Assembly (NCBI GenBank): GCA_028282585.1
Contig: JANQHR010000080.1
Location: 13,312-77,311 of the forward strand
From: Bacteroidales bacterium
Lineage (GTDB): Bacteria > Bacteroidota > Bacteroidia > Bacteroidales > UBA12077
Length of the DNA stretch: 64,000 bases
Direction of reading: 5' to 3'
Shown piece after piece: positions 29,499-40,223 of the stretch (the stretch's first letter is position 1; each line of letters starts with the position of its first letter). The notes beneath the pieces are model-generated. The model was not told the origin of the DNA, searched no databases, and was given only the letters and a program-made list of their open reading frames with translations. Position numbers and translations under genes: made by a program.

Positions 29499-32400
29499 TT
29501 TAATACCTTATAAAAATATCCATAGTAAGTATTTAAATCATTTAAAACACTATTTCCATTATCGCTGATTACATATTTAATACTTTCAAGTTGTTGCAAT
29601 AAATAAAGATTCATTCTAATATTATTAGCCAATCCCGGTAATAAATTTTCATCAAACCTTTTGTAATAATCCAATTCATTTTTAACATCATTTCTAAAAT
29701 CATTAAATAGTTGAATTGCTTTACTTTCTTGGCCCGCTAAAAAATATGATTCAATAATTGTTACAAAACTAAACCTGTAAGGCACTTTTTCTTTTGGGAA
29801 CAACTCTAAACATTTATTTAGCAACTTAACAGCTCTTTCGTTCTCGCCCTCTTTTATAAGGTTTCGAGCAACATTATTAAACTGTTCTCTAATTTGCATG
29901 GTTGATACAATTCTCACATTTGTCCAATCCAACATAACATTATCATTATTAACTCCTCCCCAATTAAATTCATTCATAAACTTATTATACTGATAACCTG
30001 AATTTGATAATATAGTTGTGCTTATTAAGCTGTCTTTACTAAATGGCATTAAACGATAAGCAAATCCTTCCCTATATAAATACTTTTCTAATCCGGTTCC
30101 TGATAATTTTGCTGGATTCAAAAAATATACCGGGCGTTTCCAATCATTATTTAAAATAATATCTAAAACTAAAAGTTCTGTTCTAAATAAATGGTTGTCA
30201 TTTAATTGAAAATAAATATTATCGGGTATCTCATCAACGTCATATTTAAAGCTCGTACACGATTTTATGAAATTTTCCTTATTTACAGAAATAGTAAATT
30301 TTCTTGCAGGAATATAATCCAACATACTTGCTTCATGTGCGGTTAATTTAGTTTTCGGGTTATCACTACGAATAAAATCAACTAGCTCTTTAAAACCCAC
30401 ATAATCTTTCACTCTTTCATATACAGGTAAATACATTCTTTTACTTCCATGAAAATCTTTATCTTCAAATGAAATTGGAATTGCCCCCATGCCAGGATAA
30501 TCATTTTCTAACTGGCTTATATACCAATCAACAGGAAGAAACTCAATAAGAACTGCCCTTATATCCCTTCTGTATTTTTCTACTTCTTGCGCATACCATA
30601 GAGGGTACGTGTCATTATCTGCTGATGTAAACAAGATTGCATTTTTCTCGCAAGAATTTAAAATATTAAAAGAAAAATCCCGTGCAGTATACCTGTCAGA
30701 CCTGTCATTACCATCCCAGTTTTCACTAATTAAATTTATAGGCAATAGAAAGAACAATAGTATTAGAAAAGATATGTTCAGATACTTACTTTTTCTTTTT
30801 AATATATGAATTAACGCAATAACAGACAATCCTATCCATATTGAAAAAGCATAAAACGAACCAACAAAAACATAATCTCGTTCACGTGGTGTTATTGGAA
30901 CCTCATTTAAGTATATTACTATAGCAATTCCCGTTAAAAAGAATAATAAAAATGTTATTATGAAATTTCTCTGGTCTTTTTTATAATGAAATACCATACC
31001 AATCAAACCAAATAATAGCGGCAGCATAAAATATTTATTCCTTGCAGGATTATTTTCATATTTATCGGGCAGATTATCCTGAGGGCCTAACCTTAGTTCA
31101 TCCAAAGGTTTTATACCTGAAATCCAGTTTCCATGCATAATTTCTCCAAAACTTTGAATGTTATTTTGCCTGCCTGAAAAATTCCACATGAAATACCTGA
31201 AATACATATGGCCAAGTTGATATTTAATAAAAAAAGCCATGTTATCGCGAAATGTTGGAGTTATAATAATTTCTTCATTTCCATTTCTTCCTGCCTTGAT
31301 TTTCTTTCCCTTTATTTTTATCCATCGTTCATATTCTGGTGCGTGTTCATCAACTAAACTAGCCATTCTTGGAAATAAAGTGAGTGTTCTTTCGTCAAAA
31401 ACATAATCCGGATTTAATTCTTTTTTAATATATCTTCCGTTAAAAGGTTTGTAGCTACCTCGACCAACAGATTTCAGAATCGGTGAGTTATAATTATTTC
31501 CATAAATTAAAGGGCGCTTACCATATTGCTCGCGGTTTAAATAATCAACAAGCCCAAAAATGTTTTCCACATTATTAATATCAACATAAGGATTTGAAAT
31601 GGAACGAATAACTAATGTTGTGTAAGATGAGTAACCAATCAAAAAAACAGTAACGGATAAAACAATTGTTCTTAATATGTTCTTATTATATTTTGCAGAA
31701 TACCAAAGCAAATACGTTATAGTTGAAATAATTATTATAATATAAAAAATCACCCCGGTATAAAAAGGCAGTTTAAAAACATTAACAAAAAGTAAATCAG
31801 TATAAGCAGCAGTTTGAACGATTCCTGGAATTAATACAAACATCAGAAAAAAGAGAATAAGAAAAGAAAATAACAATGCTTTAATGGTATCTTTATTATT
31901 AACATTATAACGTTTAAAATAATAAAGTAACACGATTGGAGGAATTGCAAGAAGGTTCAATAAATGAACCCCAATTGACAAGCCCATTAAAAAGAAAATT
32001 AATAATATCCATTTGTCACTATTGGGGTTGCCGACTTGTGATTCCCACTTAAGCATTAACCAAAAAACCAATGCGGTAAAAAAAGAAGATGTTGCATACA
32101 CTTCCCCTTCAACGGCCGAAAACCAAAATGTGTCGGTAAAGGCGAAACTTAAAGAACCAATAAATGCTGCAGTTAATACATAAACTGAATAAGTTAACGA
32201 ATCATTTTTAAAATTACCTACTAGTTTCCTACCAAACCATTCAATTGTCCAAAACAAAAACATAATGGTAAATGCACTTGCTATTGCCGATAATAAATTA
32301 ATCATATATGCCACCTTCGAAACATCATTACCGGCAAATAAACTAACGATACGGCCAATTATCATAAATACCGGTGCTCCCGGGGCATGCCCAACCTGTA

Positions 32401-32530
32401 GCTTATTAGCACAGGTAATAAACTCACTACAGTCCCAATAGCTTATCGTTGGTTCTAAGGTTAAAATATATACTGCTAAGGCGATTAGAAATGTGGACCA
32501 TCCTAGTATAATTGATAACTTCTTTTCCAT
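29495..32530 (-). CDS. DUF2723 / TMEM260-like GT-C membrane glycosyltransferase
   Basis: PTISYWDCSEF, VGHAPGAP, FWFSAVEGEVYA, GVHLLNLL, YLNREQYG, RYFMWNF.GRQ, PRERDY.FVGSF, DNDTYPLWYAQEVE. Confidence 0.92.
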   Translation of the reverse strand: MEKKLSIILGWSTFLIALAVYILTLEPTISYWDCSEFITCANKLQVGHAPGAPVFMIIGRIVSLFAGNDVSKVAYMINLLSAIASAFTIMFLFWTIEWFGRKLVGNFKNDSLTYSVYVLTAAFIGSLSFAFTDTFWFSAVEGEVYATSSFFTALVFWLMLKWESQVGNPNSDKWILLIFFLMGLSIGVHLLNLLAIPPIVLLYYFKRYNVNNKDTIKALLFSFLILFFLMFVLIPGIVQTAAYTDLLFVNVFKLPFYTGVIFYIIIIISTITYLLWYSAKYNKNILRTIVLSVTVFLIGYSSYTTLVIRSISNPYVDINNVENIFGLVDYLNREQYGKRPLIYGNNYNSPILKSVGRGSYKPFNGRYIKKELNPDYVFDERTLTLFPRMASLVDEHAPEYERWIKIKGKKIKAGRNGNEEIIITPTFRDNMAFFIKYQLGHMYFRYFMWNFSGRQNNIQSFGEIMHGNWISGIKPLDELRLGPQDNLPDKYENNPARNKYFMLPLLFGLIGMVFHYKKDQRNFIITFLLFFLTGIAIVIYLNEVPITPRERDYVFVGSFYAFSIWIGLSVIALIHILKRKSKYLNISFLILLFFLLPINLISENWDGNDRSDRYTARDFSFNILNSCEKNAILFTSADNDTYPLWYAQEVEKYRRDIRAVLIEFLPVDWYISQLENDYPGMGAIPISFEDKDFHGSKRMYLPVYERVKDYVGFKELVDFIRSDNPKTKLTAHEASMLDYIPARKFTISVNKENFIKSCTSFKYDVDEIPDNIYFQLNDNHLFRTELLVLDIILNNDWKRPVYFLNPAKLSGTGLEKYLYREGFAYRLMPFSKDSLISTTILSNSGYQYNKFMNEFNWGGVNNDNVMLDWTNVRIVSTMQIREQFNNVARNLIKEGENERAVKLLNKCLELFPKEKVPYRFSFVTIIESYFLAGQESKAIQLFNDFRNDVKNELDYYKRFDENLLPGLANNIRMNLYLLQQLESIKYVISDNGNSVLNDLNTYYGYFYKVLN

Positions 32531-32555
32531 AATTTTATACTTTTTTAATTTAATG

Positions 32556-32580
32556 GTACACTCAAAAAAAATAAGGTTCA
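32556..32580 (-). promoter_or_regulatory. ECF-sigma-type promoter TGAACC-N13-GTGTAC for the DUF2723 gene
   Basis: Minus strand TGAACC ttattttttttga GTGTAC, 25 nt before ATG 32530 and just downstream of the dcp terminator. Confidence 0.8.
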
Positions 32581-32590
32581 GTTTGAAAAT

Positions 32591-32618
32591 AAAAAAAGCG
32601 CAACCAATTGGCTGCGCT
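32591..32618 (-). terminator. Intrinsic terminator of dcp
   Basis: AGCGCAGCCAATTGGTTGCGC followed by T7. Confidence 0.85.
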
Positions 32619-32639
32619 AATGTTTTATAATACTAACCT

Positions 32640-34751
32640 CTATTTTAATCCTCTATTTTCTAATAAAGCATCAATAGTAGGTTCCTGACCTCGGAATTTT
32701 AAATATTGAACCATTCCATCGCCCATGCCATTTTCTGCCAGACAATGTTTTCTGAATTTAGCAGCTAGTTCCTGGTTAAATAAATCACCACTTTCTTTAA
32801 ATGCGTTAAATGCATCGGAATCTAACTGTTCTGCCCACATATAAACATAATACCCTGCTGAATAACTACTTCCGCCAAAAATATGAGAGAAATAAGTGCT
32901 TTTATATCTAGGAATAATTTCGTCAATTAAACCAATTTTATTCATTGCTTCTTCTTCGAATTTATTCACATCAATATTTTCGGTTTCCTGTGTTGTATGA
33001 TAATCCAGATCAAGTAACGAAGCTGCAACATACTCCACTGTTGCAAATCCCTGATTAAAATGACCGCTATTCTCAATCTTTTTGATTAACTCATCCGGCA
33101 TTGCTTCTCCCGTTTCATAATGTTTCGCATATTCTTTAATAATTGAAGGTGCAGCCGCCCAGTGTTCCATAATTTGCGAAGGTAACTCAACATAATCTCT
33201 AGGAACATCACGCGAAGTTCTTCTGTAATGACCATCTGCAAAGAAATTGTGTAATGCATGACCAAATTCGTGGAAATAAGTTAAGGTTTCATCCCAACTC
33301 AATAAAGCAGGTTTATCACCTGTTGGTCGAGTAAAATTACATACAATATAAACTACAGGAGTAATCTTCTTTCCGTCTTCATAAGCTCCACTTCTCATAG
33401 CACCACACCAAGCACCACCTCTTTTACCCGGACGTGGGTGGTTATCAATATAAAGAATTGCCAAATGGTCACCATTAGCTTCTTTTACTTCAAATGTTTG
33501 AACCTCTTCATGATAAACCGGAATATCAGTTCTTTCTTCGAAAGTTAAACCATACAACTGGTTAGAAACATAAAAAATTCCTTCACGAACATTATCCATA
33601 GATAAGTAAGGTTTAATTTCTTCTTCATCCAAATCAAATTTTTGTTTACGCAATTTTTCGGCATAATACCACCAATCCCAAGATTCCAGATCAAAGTTCC
33701 CTCCTTCAGTATCAATGATTTTTTGCATTTCATCGCGCTCCTGCTTAGCAACTTTTAAAGCTGGTTTCCAAACTTGATGTAAGAAATTATAAACGTTTTC
33801 AGGAGTTTTAGCCATATTGTTATCAATAACATATTCAGCATAATTATTGAATCCTAATAGCTCAGCTCTCCGGTCACGTAGTTTTACTAATTTGGCAATA
33901 TTAGCTTTGTTATCTTTATTATTATCATTATTACCTCTTTGATACATGGCTTTATATAACTTTTCTCTTAAATCGCGCTTTGGCGAATAAGTCAAAAATG
34001 GGATCCAGCTTGGTTTTTGAAGTGTAAATACCCATTTACCTTCCATTCCGTTTTGTTGTGCAGCTTCGACTGCAGCAGAAATAACACCTGCAGGTAATCC
34101 AACAAGATCCTCTTCATTATCAATAACTAATTTAAAATCATTGGTTTCGGCCAATAGGTTTTGTCCAAACTCTAAAGTAAGCATTGAAATTTCCTGGTTT
34201 ATACCTTTTAATTCCTCTCGTTGCTCTTCCGGAAGTGCAGCCCCATTTCTTTCGAAATCTCTATAATACTTTTCAACTACTCTCATTTGCTCCTGGTCTA
34301 ACCCGAATGTTTCCCTCTTGTCATAAACAGCCTTAATTCTTTGGAAAAGATCCTGATTTAATCCAATCTCATTTCTATAAGCTGACATGATCGGACTCAA
34401 CTCACGCGCTATTTTTTGTAAGGTTGGGGTTGTATTTGCACTATTTAGTGCATAAAAAACATATGCTCTTCTTAGTATATCTTCTCCCTGATCAAATGGA
34501 ACAATTGTGTTTTCAAAAGTAGGTTCTTCAGTATTTGATATTATAACCTTAATTTTTGCTTTTGATGCTTCAATACCAGCTTCGAATGCAGGAATAAAAT
34601 GAGATGTGTCAATTAAATCGAATGGTGGAACCTGAAATGGTGTATCGAATTCCGATAATAATGGATTTTCGTTTGATTTCATTTCATTTTTGTTAGTGCA
34701 ACTATAAAAAAGCATAGTTGCGAGAATAAAAAGTAATGTAAGTTTTTTCAT
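32640..34751 (-). CDS. dcp: M3-family metallopeptidase (peptidyl-dipeptidase Dcp-like), lipoprotein
   Basis: Lipobox FYSC, NPLL, KRGGAW, FHEFGHALH, VELPSQIME, YSAGYY.Y.WAE.LD.D. Confidence 0.9.
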   Translation of the reverse strand: MKKLTLLFILATMLFYSCTNKNEMKSNENPLLSEFDTPFQVPPFDLIDTSHFIPAFEAGIEASKAKIKVIISNTEEPTFENTIVPFDQGEDILRRAYVFYALNSANTTPTLQKIARELSPIMSAYRNEIGLNQDLFQRIKAVYDKRETFGLDQEQMRVVEKYYRDFERNGAALPEEQREELKGINQEISMLTLEFGQNLLAETNDFKLVIDNEEDLVGLPAGVISAAVEAAQQNGMEGKWVFTLQKPSWIPFLTYSPKRDLREKLYKAMYQRGNNDNNKDNKANIAKLVKLRDRRAELLGFNNYAEYVIDNNMAKTPENVYNFLHQVWKPALKVAKQERDEMQKIIDTEGGNFDLESWDWWYYAEKLRKQKFDLDEEEIKPYLSMDNVREGIFYVSNQLYGLTFEERTDIPVYHEEVQTFEVKEANGDHLAILYIDNHPRPGKRGGAWCGAMRSGAYEDGKKITPVVYIVCNFTRPTGDKPALLSWDETLTYFHEFGHALHNFFADGHYRRTSRDVPRDYVELPSQIMEHWAAAPSIIKEYAKHYETGEAMPDELIKKIENSGHFNQGFATVEYVAASLLDLDYHTTQETENIDVNKFEEEAMNKIGLIDEIIPRYKSTYFSHIFGGSSYSAGYYVYMWAEQLDSDAFNAFKESGDLFNQELAAKFRKHCLAENGMGDGMVQYLKFRGQEPTIDALLENRGLK

Positions 34752-34880
34752 GGTTTATTTAATTAATAGTAAGAAAAATAAGCTTAAAGATAACAAATCA
34801 AAATTAAGTATGAAATTCTCCTTGATTTACATAATGGTTTTTAGATGAAAATAAGATAAAATGGTTTAAATAAAGGGTAT

Positions 34881-34969
34881 AAAAAAACATCCCGGCCCCC
34901 CGGGATGCTAACACTCTAATTTATTAACCTTGCTATTATGATGAAGTGGAATAATAGCCTTATTCATAC
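34881..34969 (-). ncRNA. Candidate ~90-nt small RNA
   Basis: -7 element TATATTTG (34981-34974), 8-bp hairpin GCTATTAT/ATAATAGC, terminator CATCCCGG-GGGG-CCGGGATG-T7. Confidence 0.55.
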
Positions 34970-35089
34970 ATTGCAAATATACAACATATTTTGCAATTCA
35001 AAGTTTAAAACGCAAAAAAATAAAAATTGTTGCTTCTTTTCTAAAAAACTTGAAAAAAAGTTACATTTTACCTCCCTCAATGACAAAAA

Positions 35090-35545
35090 TCAATAACCTA
35101 TTACCCAAAGTACCTTTTGTTCTTCAAGGCATTTATCAGTAATCTCAATTAATCCTTTATTAACTTCTATTAATTGATCAAGATAGTGCTTCCACTTCTC
35201 TTTCCAGTTTTGATCTTCAAGGGTAAGTTCATCAATAAACCCCTGTCCCAGAAAAACCTGATCCATATGTTGATTGAAATCATCCAGGCTTTTAATATTC
35301 TGTAATGACTCTAACTTATCGGATAACTCATTACGAAGTGGAACAATATTTCTTACATTATATTTCGTAGCTCCAAAAAATTCGTATAATTTATTCGCGT
35401 TTTCAAAACATTTAGTAAACAAGTTAAACACTTCACTTTCAACATATCTAGACTCTGAATCGCCTTTTATATAGTTTTCATTATCGCCTGTTGTGTTTAA
35501 CTCAACAATATTTAAATATTCTGAACTAAATAATTCAATTCTCAT
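35090..35545 (-). CDS. Hypothetical protein
   Basis: 151-aa ORF ending LWVIGY; no family recognised. Confidence 0.7.
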   Translation of the reverse strand: MRIELFSSEYLNIVELNTTGDNENYIKGDSESRYVESEVFNLFTKCFENANKLYEFFGATKYNVRNIVPLRNELSDKLESLQNIKSLDDFNQHMDQVFLGQGFIDELTLEDQNWKEKWKHYLDQLIEVNKGLIEITDKCLEEQKVLWVIGY

Positions 35546-35677
35546 GACAAATATCTATATGTTACATGTTATACGTTTTTAAATTTATTAATAATAACGG
35601 ATATCAACAAAATTAATTTTAAACAAATGTTAAACATTAAGTTTTCATCTTACTATCTTTATCCAAAATTTAATGAA

Positions 35678-36355
35678 ATGACAGGAACGATTATAAATGC
35701 AGTTGCAATAATTATTGGAAGTGTAATCGGGTTATCTTTAAACGCTAAACTTCCTGAAAGATTTATTAAAATAGTTTTTCAAGGAATTGGATTGTTTACA
35801 ATATCTATTGGTGTTTATATGTCGGTTAAAACCAATAATTTATTTTTAATGATTATTAGTATTGTTACAGGTGGTATTATAGGAGAAGGAATAAATATTG
35901 AAAAATACATTGACAAATTTGGCGAAACGGTTAAAAATAAGTTTAAGTCTAACAACTCCAAATTTTCTGAAGGATTAACAACTGCTTTTTTGTTATTTTG
36001 TATGGGCTCCGTATCAATTCTTGGCGCTATTGAAGAAGGTTTAGGCAATGAACCAAATCTATTGTTGGCAAAAGCTGTTATGGATGGAGTCTCTTCAATT
36101 GCCTTGGCTGCAGCATTTGGTTTAGGAGTAACTTTCTCTGTTGTACCTTTGATAATATATCAGGGTGGATTAACTTTATTAGCAGCCAGTTTTGGAAATT
36201 ACTTTTCAGAAACAATAATTACAGAATTAACTGCAGTTGGAGGCCTAATGTTAATAGGTTTAGGAATTAACGTTTTAGGCATTAAACAGTTAAAAATATT
36301 AAATATGATACCAGCTTTAATTGTAATTGTTGTATTGGTTTATTTCTTTGGTTAA
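35678..36355 (+). CDS. DUF554 (YqgA-like) membrane protein
   Basis: MTGTIINAVAII.G, LLFCMGSVSILG..EEG, KAVMDG, YQG; start moved to MTGT. Confidence 0.9.
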   Translation: MTGTIINAVAIIIGSVIGLSLNAKLPERFIKIVFQGIGLFTISIGVYMSVKTNNLFLMIISIVTGGIIGEGINIEKYIDKFGETVKNKFKSNNSKFSEGLTTAFLLFCMGSVSILGAIEEGLGNEPNLLLAKAVMDGVSSIALAAAFGLGVTFSVVPLIIYQGGLTLLAASFGNYFSETIITELTAVGGLMLIGLGINVLGIKQLKILNMIPALIVIVVLVYFFG

Positions 36356-37377
36356 TGATTCATAGTGAAAATATAGAACCCAAGTTACGTAAACTGTTCG
36401 AGAAATGGTCAGGTGTAAAACCTTTTAGCATTAATAGGCTCCCGCATTCAGGATCAAATCGTATATATTATAGATTAAAATATAGTGATCAATCAGCAAT
36501 TGGAGTTTTTAATGTAAATAAGAAAGAAAATACTGCTTTTCTTGATTTTACACAACAATTTTTAAATTGTAGATTAAATGTTCCGGATATTTACGCTTTG
36601 GATTTAGATGACAATATTTATTTAATTGAAGATTTTGAAGATAATCAGCTTCTATCATGGATTTTATCAAAAAAAGTAAACAATAAATTTACTATAGAAA
36701 TTATTGAAATATATAAGAAAGTAATTCGTGAATTAATAAGGTTCCAAATCATTGCAGGTCTCCATTTTAATTATTCAAAATGTCATCAACATCCGGAATT
36801 TAATGATGAATCAATATTATTTGATTTAAACTATTTTGCAACCAATTACGTTGAGGCTTTAAGTTTGAATTACGATAAAAATAAGCTAAATAAAGAGTTT
36901 GATATATTTTCTAAATACTTACTTAAAGCAGATAATTGTTTTTTTATGTATCGTGATTTTCAGGCTCGAAATATCCTTTTAGTAAACAAAGAACCTTACT
37001 TTATTGATTACCAAGGAGGAAGAAGAGGCCCATTGCAGTATGACCTTGCTTCGCTACTTTTTCAGGCTAAGGCACAAATCCCCGAAGATATAAAAGATCA
37101 GCTTTTAAAGTATTATATAGATCTGGCCAAATTATTTGTACCTGTTTGTAATGATGAATTTACGGAATTTTATTTTGCTTTTGCATTAATCAGGGTATTA
37201 CAGACTCTTGGTGCTTATGGTTTACGCGGATTAATAGAAAAGAAAACGCATTTTATTGAAAGTATTCCATTAGCCAAAAAGAATCTGGTCTATTTAAAAG
37301 ATAAAACGGGTATTTTAAATCAAATGCCCGAATTAAAGCAACTTATAAATCAAATAGTAAATACGAATGAAAAATAA
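36355..37377 (+). CDS. APH-fold sugar phosphotransferase (AmgK-like)
   Basis: [46 protein letters not shown]. Confidence 0.85.
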   Translation: MIHSENIEPKLRKLFEKWSGVKPFSINRLPHSGSNRIYYRLKYSDQSAIGVFNVNKKENTAFLDFTQQFLNCRLNVPDIYALDLDDNIYLIEDFEDNQLLSWILSKKVNNKFTIEIIEIYKKVIRELIRFQIIAGLHFNYSKCHQHPEFNDESILFDLNYFATNYVEALSLNYDKNKLNKEFDIFSKYLLKADNCFFMYRDFQARNILLVNKEPYFIDYQGGRRGPLQYDLASLLFQAKAQIPEDIKDQLLKYYIDLAKLFVPVCNDEFTEFYFAFALIRVLQTLGAYGLRGLIEKKTHFIESIPLAKKNLVYLKDKTGILNQMPELKQLINQIVNTNEK

Positions 37378-37783
37378 GCTTATAGTTACCATAAATAGTT
37401 TCTCTTATAAACGAGCATTACCTGAAGATAAAACAGAAAATGGCGGTGGTTTCATATTTGATTGCAGAGCTATTCATAATCCTGGAAGATACGAAGAATA
37501 CAAAGCTTTAACAGGAAAAGATGAGGCTGTAATTCAATTTCTTGAGAATGAACCGGAAATGTCGGAGTTTTTAGGTCATGTATTTGCACTCGTTAAACAA
37601 TCTGTAAAGAAATATGTTGAGAGGGGTTTTACGCATTTAATGGTAAATTTCGGATGTACTGGAGGTCAGCATCGTTCTGTTTATTGTGCTGAAAAACTGG
37701 CTACAGAACTTAAAACTACATTTGATATCAATATTAATTTAAATCATATTGAGCAAGAAATATCAAAAAAAGAACACTCATGA
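37367..37783 (+). CDS. RapZ C-terminal-domain-like protein
   Basis: [14 protein letters not shown]...[19 protein letters not shown]. Confidence 0.85.
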   Translation: MKNKLIVTINSFSYKRALPEDKTENGGGFIFDCRAIHNPGRYEEYKALTGKDEAVIQFLENEPEMSEFLGHVFALVKQSVKKYVERGFTHLMVNFGCTGGQHRSVYCAEKLATELKTTFDININLNHIEQEISKKEHS

Positions 37784-38508
37784 AAGCAATGATTTTTGCT
37801 GCCGGTAAAGGTACAAGATTAAAACCGTTAACCGATTATACTCCCAAAGCATTGATTAAATTTAATGGAACACCATTAATTGAGTTGATTATAAAAAAGC
37901 TAATATCATCAGGAGTTAAAGAAATTATCATAAATGTTCATTATTTGGCGGATCAAATCACTGGTTTTTTAAAAAGAAATAACAACTTTGGTATTAGAAT
38001 AGAAATTTCAGATGAATCGAATCATTTGTTAGATACCGGAGGAGGATTAAAAAAAGCATCATGGTTTTTTGATGACAATCAATCATTTATTTTACATAAT
38101 ACGGATGTAATTAGTAACATCAGTTTAAATCATATGATTGATTATCATAAATCTAAAAATGCTCTGGCAACTTTGGCAATAAGAAATAGGATTTCGAGCC
38201 GGTACTTTTTATTTAACGACGATTACGAATTATGTGGTTGGAAAAATATTAAAACAAGAAAGGAAGTTATAACCAAAACATCAAATCAATCAAAAGAATA
38301 TGCTTTTAGTGGAATACATATTATAAATCCGGAGATTTTTAGATATTTCCAGAACGAAGAATGCTTTTCTATTATTAATACTTACCTGAACCTGACTAAA
38401 ATAAAAACCATATCAGGTTATCAACACAACAAAGATTATTGGTTTGATATAGGTACTCAAAAAAAACTCTCAGAAGCCGAGGGTTACCTAAATTCTATAA
38501 AAAAGTGA
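37780..38508 (+). CDS. Sugar-phosphate nucleotidyltransferase (MurU-like)
   Basis: [18 protein letters not shown]...[17 protein letters not shown]. Confidence 0.88.
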   Translation: MKAMIFAAGKGTRLKPLTDYTPKALIKFNGTPLIELIIKKLISSGVKEIIINVHYLADQITGFLKRNNNFGIRIEISDESNHLLDTGGGLKKASWFFDDNQSFILHNTDVISNISLNHMIDYHKSKNALATLAIRNRISSRYFLFNDDYELCGWKNIKTRKEVITKTSNQSKEYAFSGIHIINPEIFRYFQNEECFSIINTYLNLTKIKTISGYQHNKDYWFDIGTQKKLSEAEGYLNSIKK

Positions 38509-38594
38509 TATAAATCAATTTTTTTTATTAAACAATTCTTTATTTAAAACGTATTCACTACCTGTTAGTATTTTTTATTTAAAGTATCGGATAA

Positions 38595-39977
38595 ATGACG
38601 TATAGAGATGATTACTTGAACGATAAAATTCAAGACCCGTTTGATAGAATTAGGCAACCATTTAAAAGATTTTTACATATCGAATCTTCAGGAGGAATTT
38701 TGTTGATAATTGCTACAATTTTAGCTCTTATCGTTGCAAATTCGGAATGGGGAAATCATTACGAGACTTTTTTTAAGCAAGAGTTCAGGATAGGAACAGA
38801 AGACTTTTATTTGTCTGAATCAATTATACATTGGATTAATGATGGATTAATGGCTATTTTCTTTTTCCTTGTTGGGTTAGAAATTAAAAGAGAACTTCTG
38901 GTTGGTGAACTATCATCACCAAAAAAAGCTGCACTTCCCATAATAGCTGCAATTGGAGGTATGGTTATTCCCGCAATGATTTTTGTATTTACGTTAGGTG
39001 ATGGTTTAGGAAAAGAAGGTTGGGGAATTCCAATGGCTACTGATATAGCTTTCTCTCTTGGAATATTAAGTTTATTAGGTAAACGAGTCCCTCTTCCATT
39101 AAAGGTATTTCTTGTTGCATTTGCTATTGTTGATGATATTGGTGCCATTGTAGTAATTGCATTATTCTATAGTCATGAAATTCATTGGACATTTTTAATA
39201 ATTGCATTAACATTAATCGCATTTCTGTTTGTACTTAACAAATTAAACATAAGATATATACCATTCTATATGGTAACAGGCTGGATTGTTTGGTTTTTAT
39301 TTTTACATTCTGGTATTCATGCAACTATTGCAGGTGTTCTGCTAGCTTTTACAATACCATCTGCGCGTAAAATTGAATTGAAAGATTTTAGTTTCAGGAT
39401 TAAAAGAAACCTAAAAGATTTTGAGGATAATCCACATACAGACAATGTTGCATTACAACATTCACAATTAGCTGCTATTGATAATATGCAATCTCAAATT
39501 TATAAAATACAAAGCCCTTTGCAGCAATTGGAACATAACCTTCATGGGTTTGTAACTTATTTGGTAATGCCACTGTTTGCATTTGCTAATGCTGGAGTTG
39601 TTCTAAAAAGTTCCGGAGTAGATACTTTCAATATACTAACTCTAACCATTAGTAGCAGTTTAGTTTTTGGTAAAATAGTTGGAATATTCCTGTTCTCTTA
39701 CCTAACAGTTAGACTAGGTTTTTCAGCATTACCTGACAACGTTAACTGGGAACATATATTCGGAGCAGGAATTTTAGGAGGTATAGGTTTTACCATGTCT
39801 CTGTTTATAAGCAATCTGGCATATGAAAATATCGGTCTGTTACGCGGTGTGGTTGAAAATCAGGCAAAACTAGGTATATTGATGGGGTCGTTGATTGCTG
39901 CTCTGTTTGGATATTTGTACTTAAGGTTTGTATTTTCCCGAAACACGGTTAAAGTTAAAATTAAAGTTAAATCTTAA
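38595..39977 (+). CDS. nhaA: Na+/H+ antiporter NhaA
   Basis: WINDGLMAIFF..VGLEIKRE, GWGIPMATDIAF, AIVDD, SGIHATIAGV, GIGFTMSLF. Confidence 0.97.
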   Translation: MTYRDDYLNDKIQDPFDRIRQPFKRFLHIESSGGILLIIATILALIVANSEWGNHYETFFKQEFRIGTEDFYLSESIIHWINDGLMAIFFFLVGLEIKRELLVGELSSPKKAALPIIAAIGGMVIPAMIFVFTLGDGLGKEGWGIPMATDIAFSLGILSLLGKRVPLPLKVFLVAFAIVDDIGAIVVIALFYSHEIHWTFLIIALTLIAFLFVLNKLNIRYIPFYMVTGWIVWFLFLHSGIHATIAGVLLAFTIPSARKIELKDFSFRIKRNLKDFEDNPHTDNVALQHSQLAAIDNMQSQIYKIQSPLQQLEHNLHGFVTYLVMPLFAFANAGVVLKSSGVDTFNILTLTISSSLVFGKIVGIFLFSYLTVRLGFSALPDNVNWEHIFGAGILGGIGFTMSLFISNLAYENIGLLRGVVENQAKLGILMGSLIAALFGYLYLRFVFSRNTVKVKIKVKS

Positions 39978-39992
39978 CCTAATAATTCATGG

Positions 39993-40017
39993 GCCTTGAT
40001 CAATCAAGGCTTTTTTT
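39993..40017 (+). terminator. Terminator after nhaA
   Basis: GCCTTGAT-CA-ATCAAGGC followed by T run. Confidence 0.75.
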
Positions 40018-40223
40018 GTAGCTTAATTAATCAGGCTAAATCGATGTTTTATTAGACTCACTAATGGTAGTATTATTAGATTATTTTTGGTTACTATTTG
40101 TTCAGGTAAAAAAACAAATAAGAAAGTTAAACTACTCTGACTAAAATCAAGAGTATTTTTTTTGCTTAAGTATTTTGTTAATCATTCATTTATAATATCT
40201 TTATTGCTAATAACTCATTTTAC

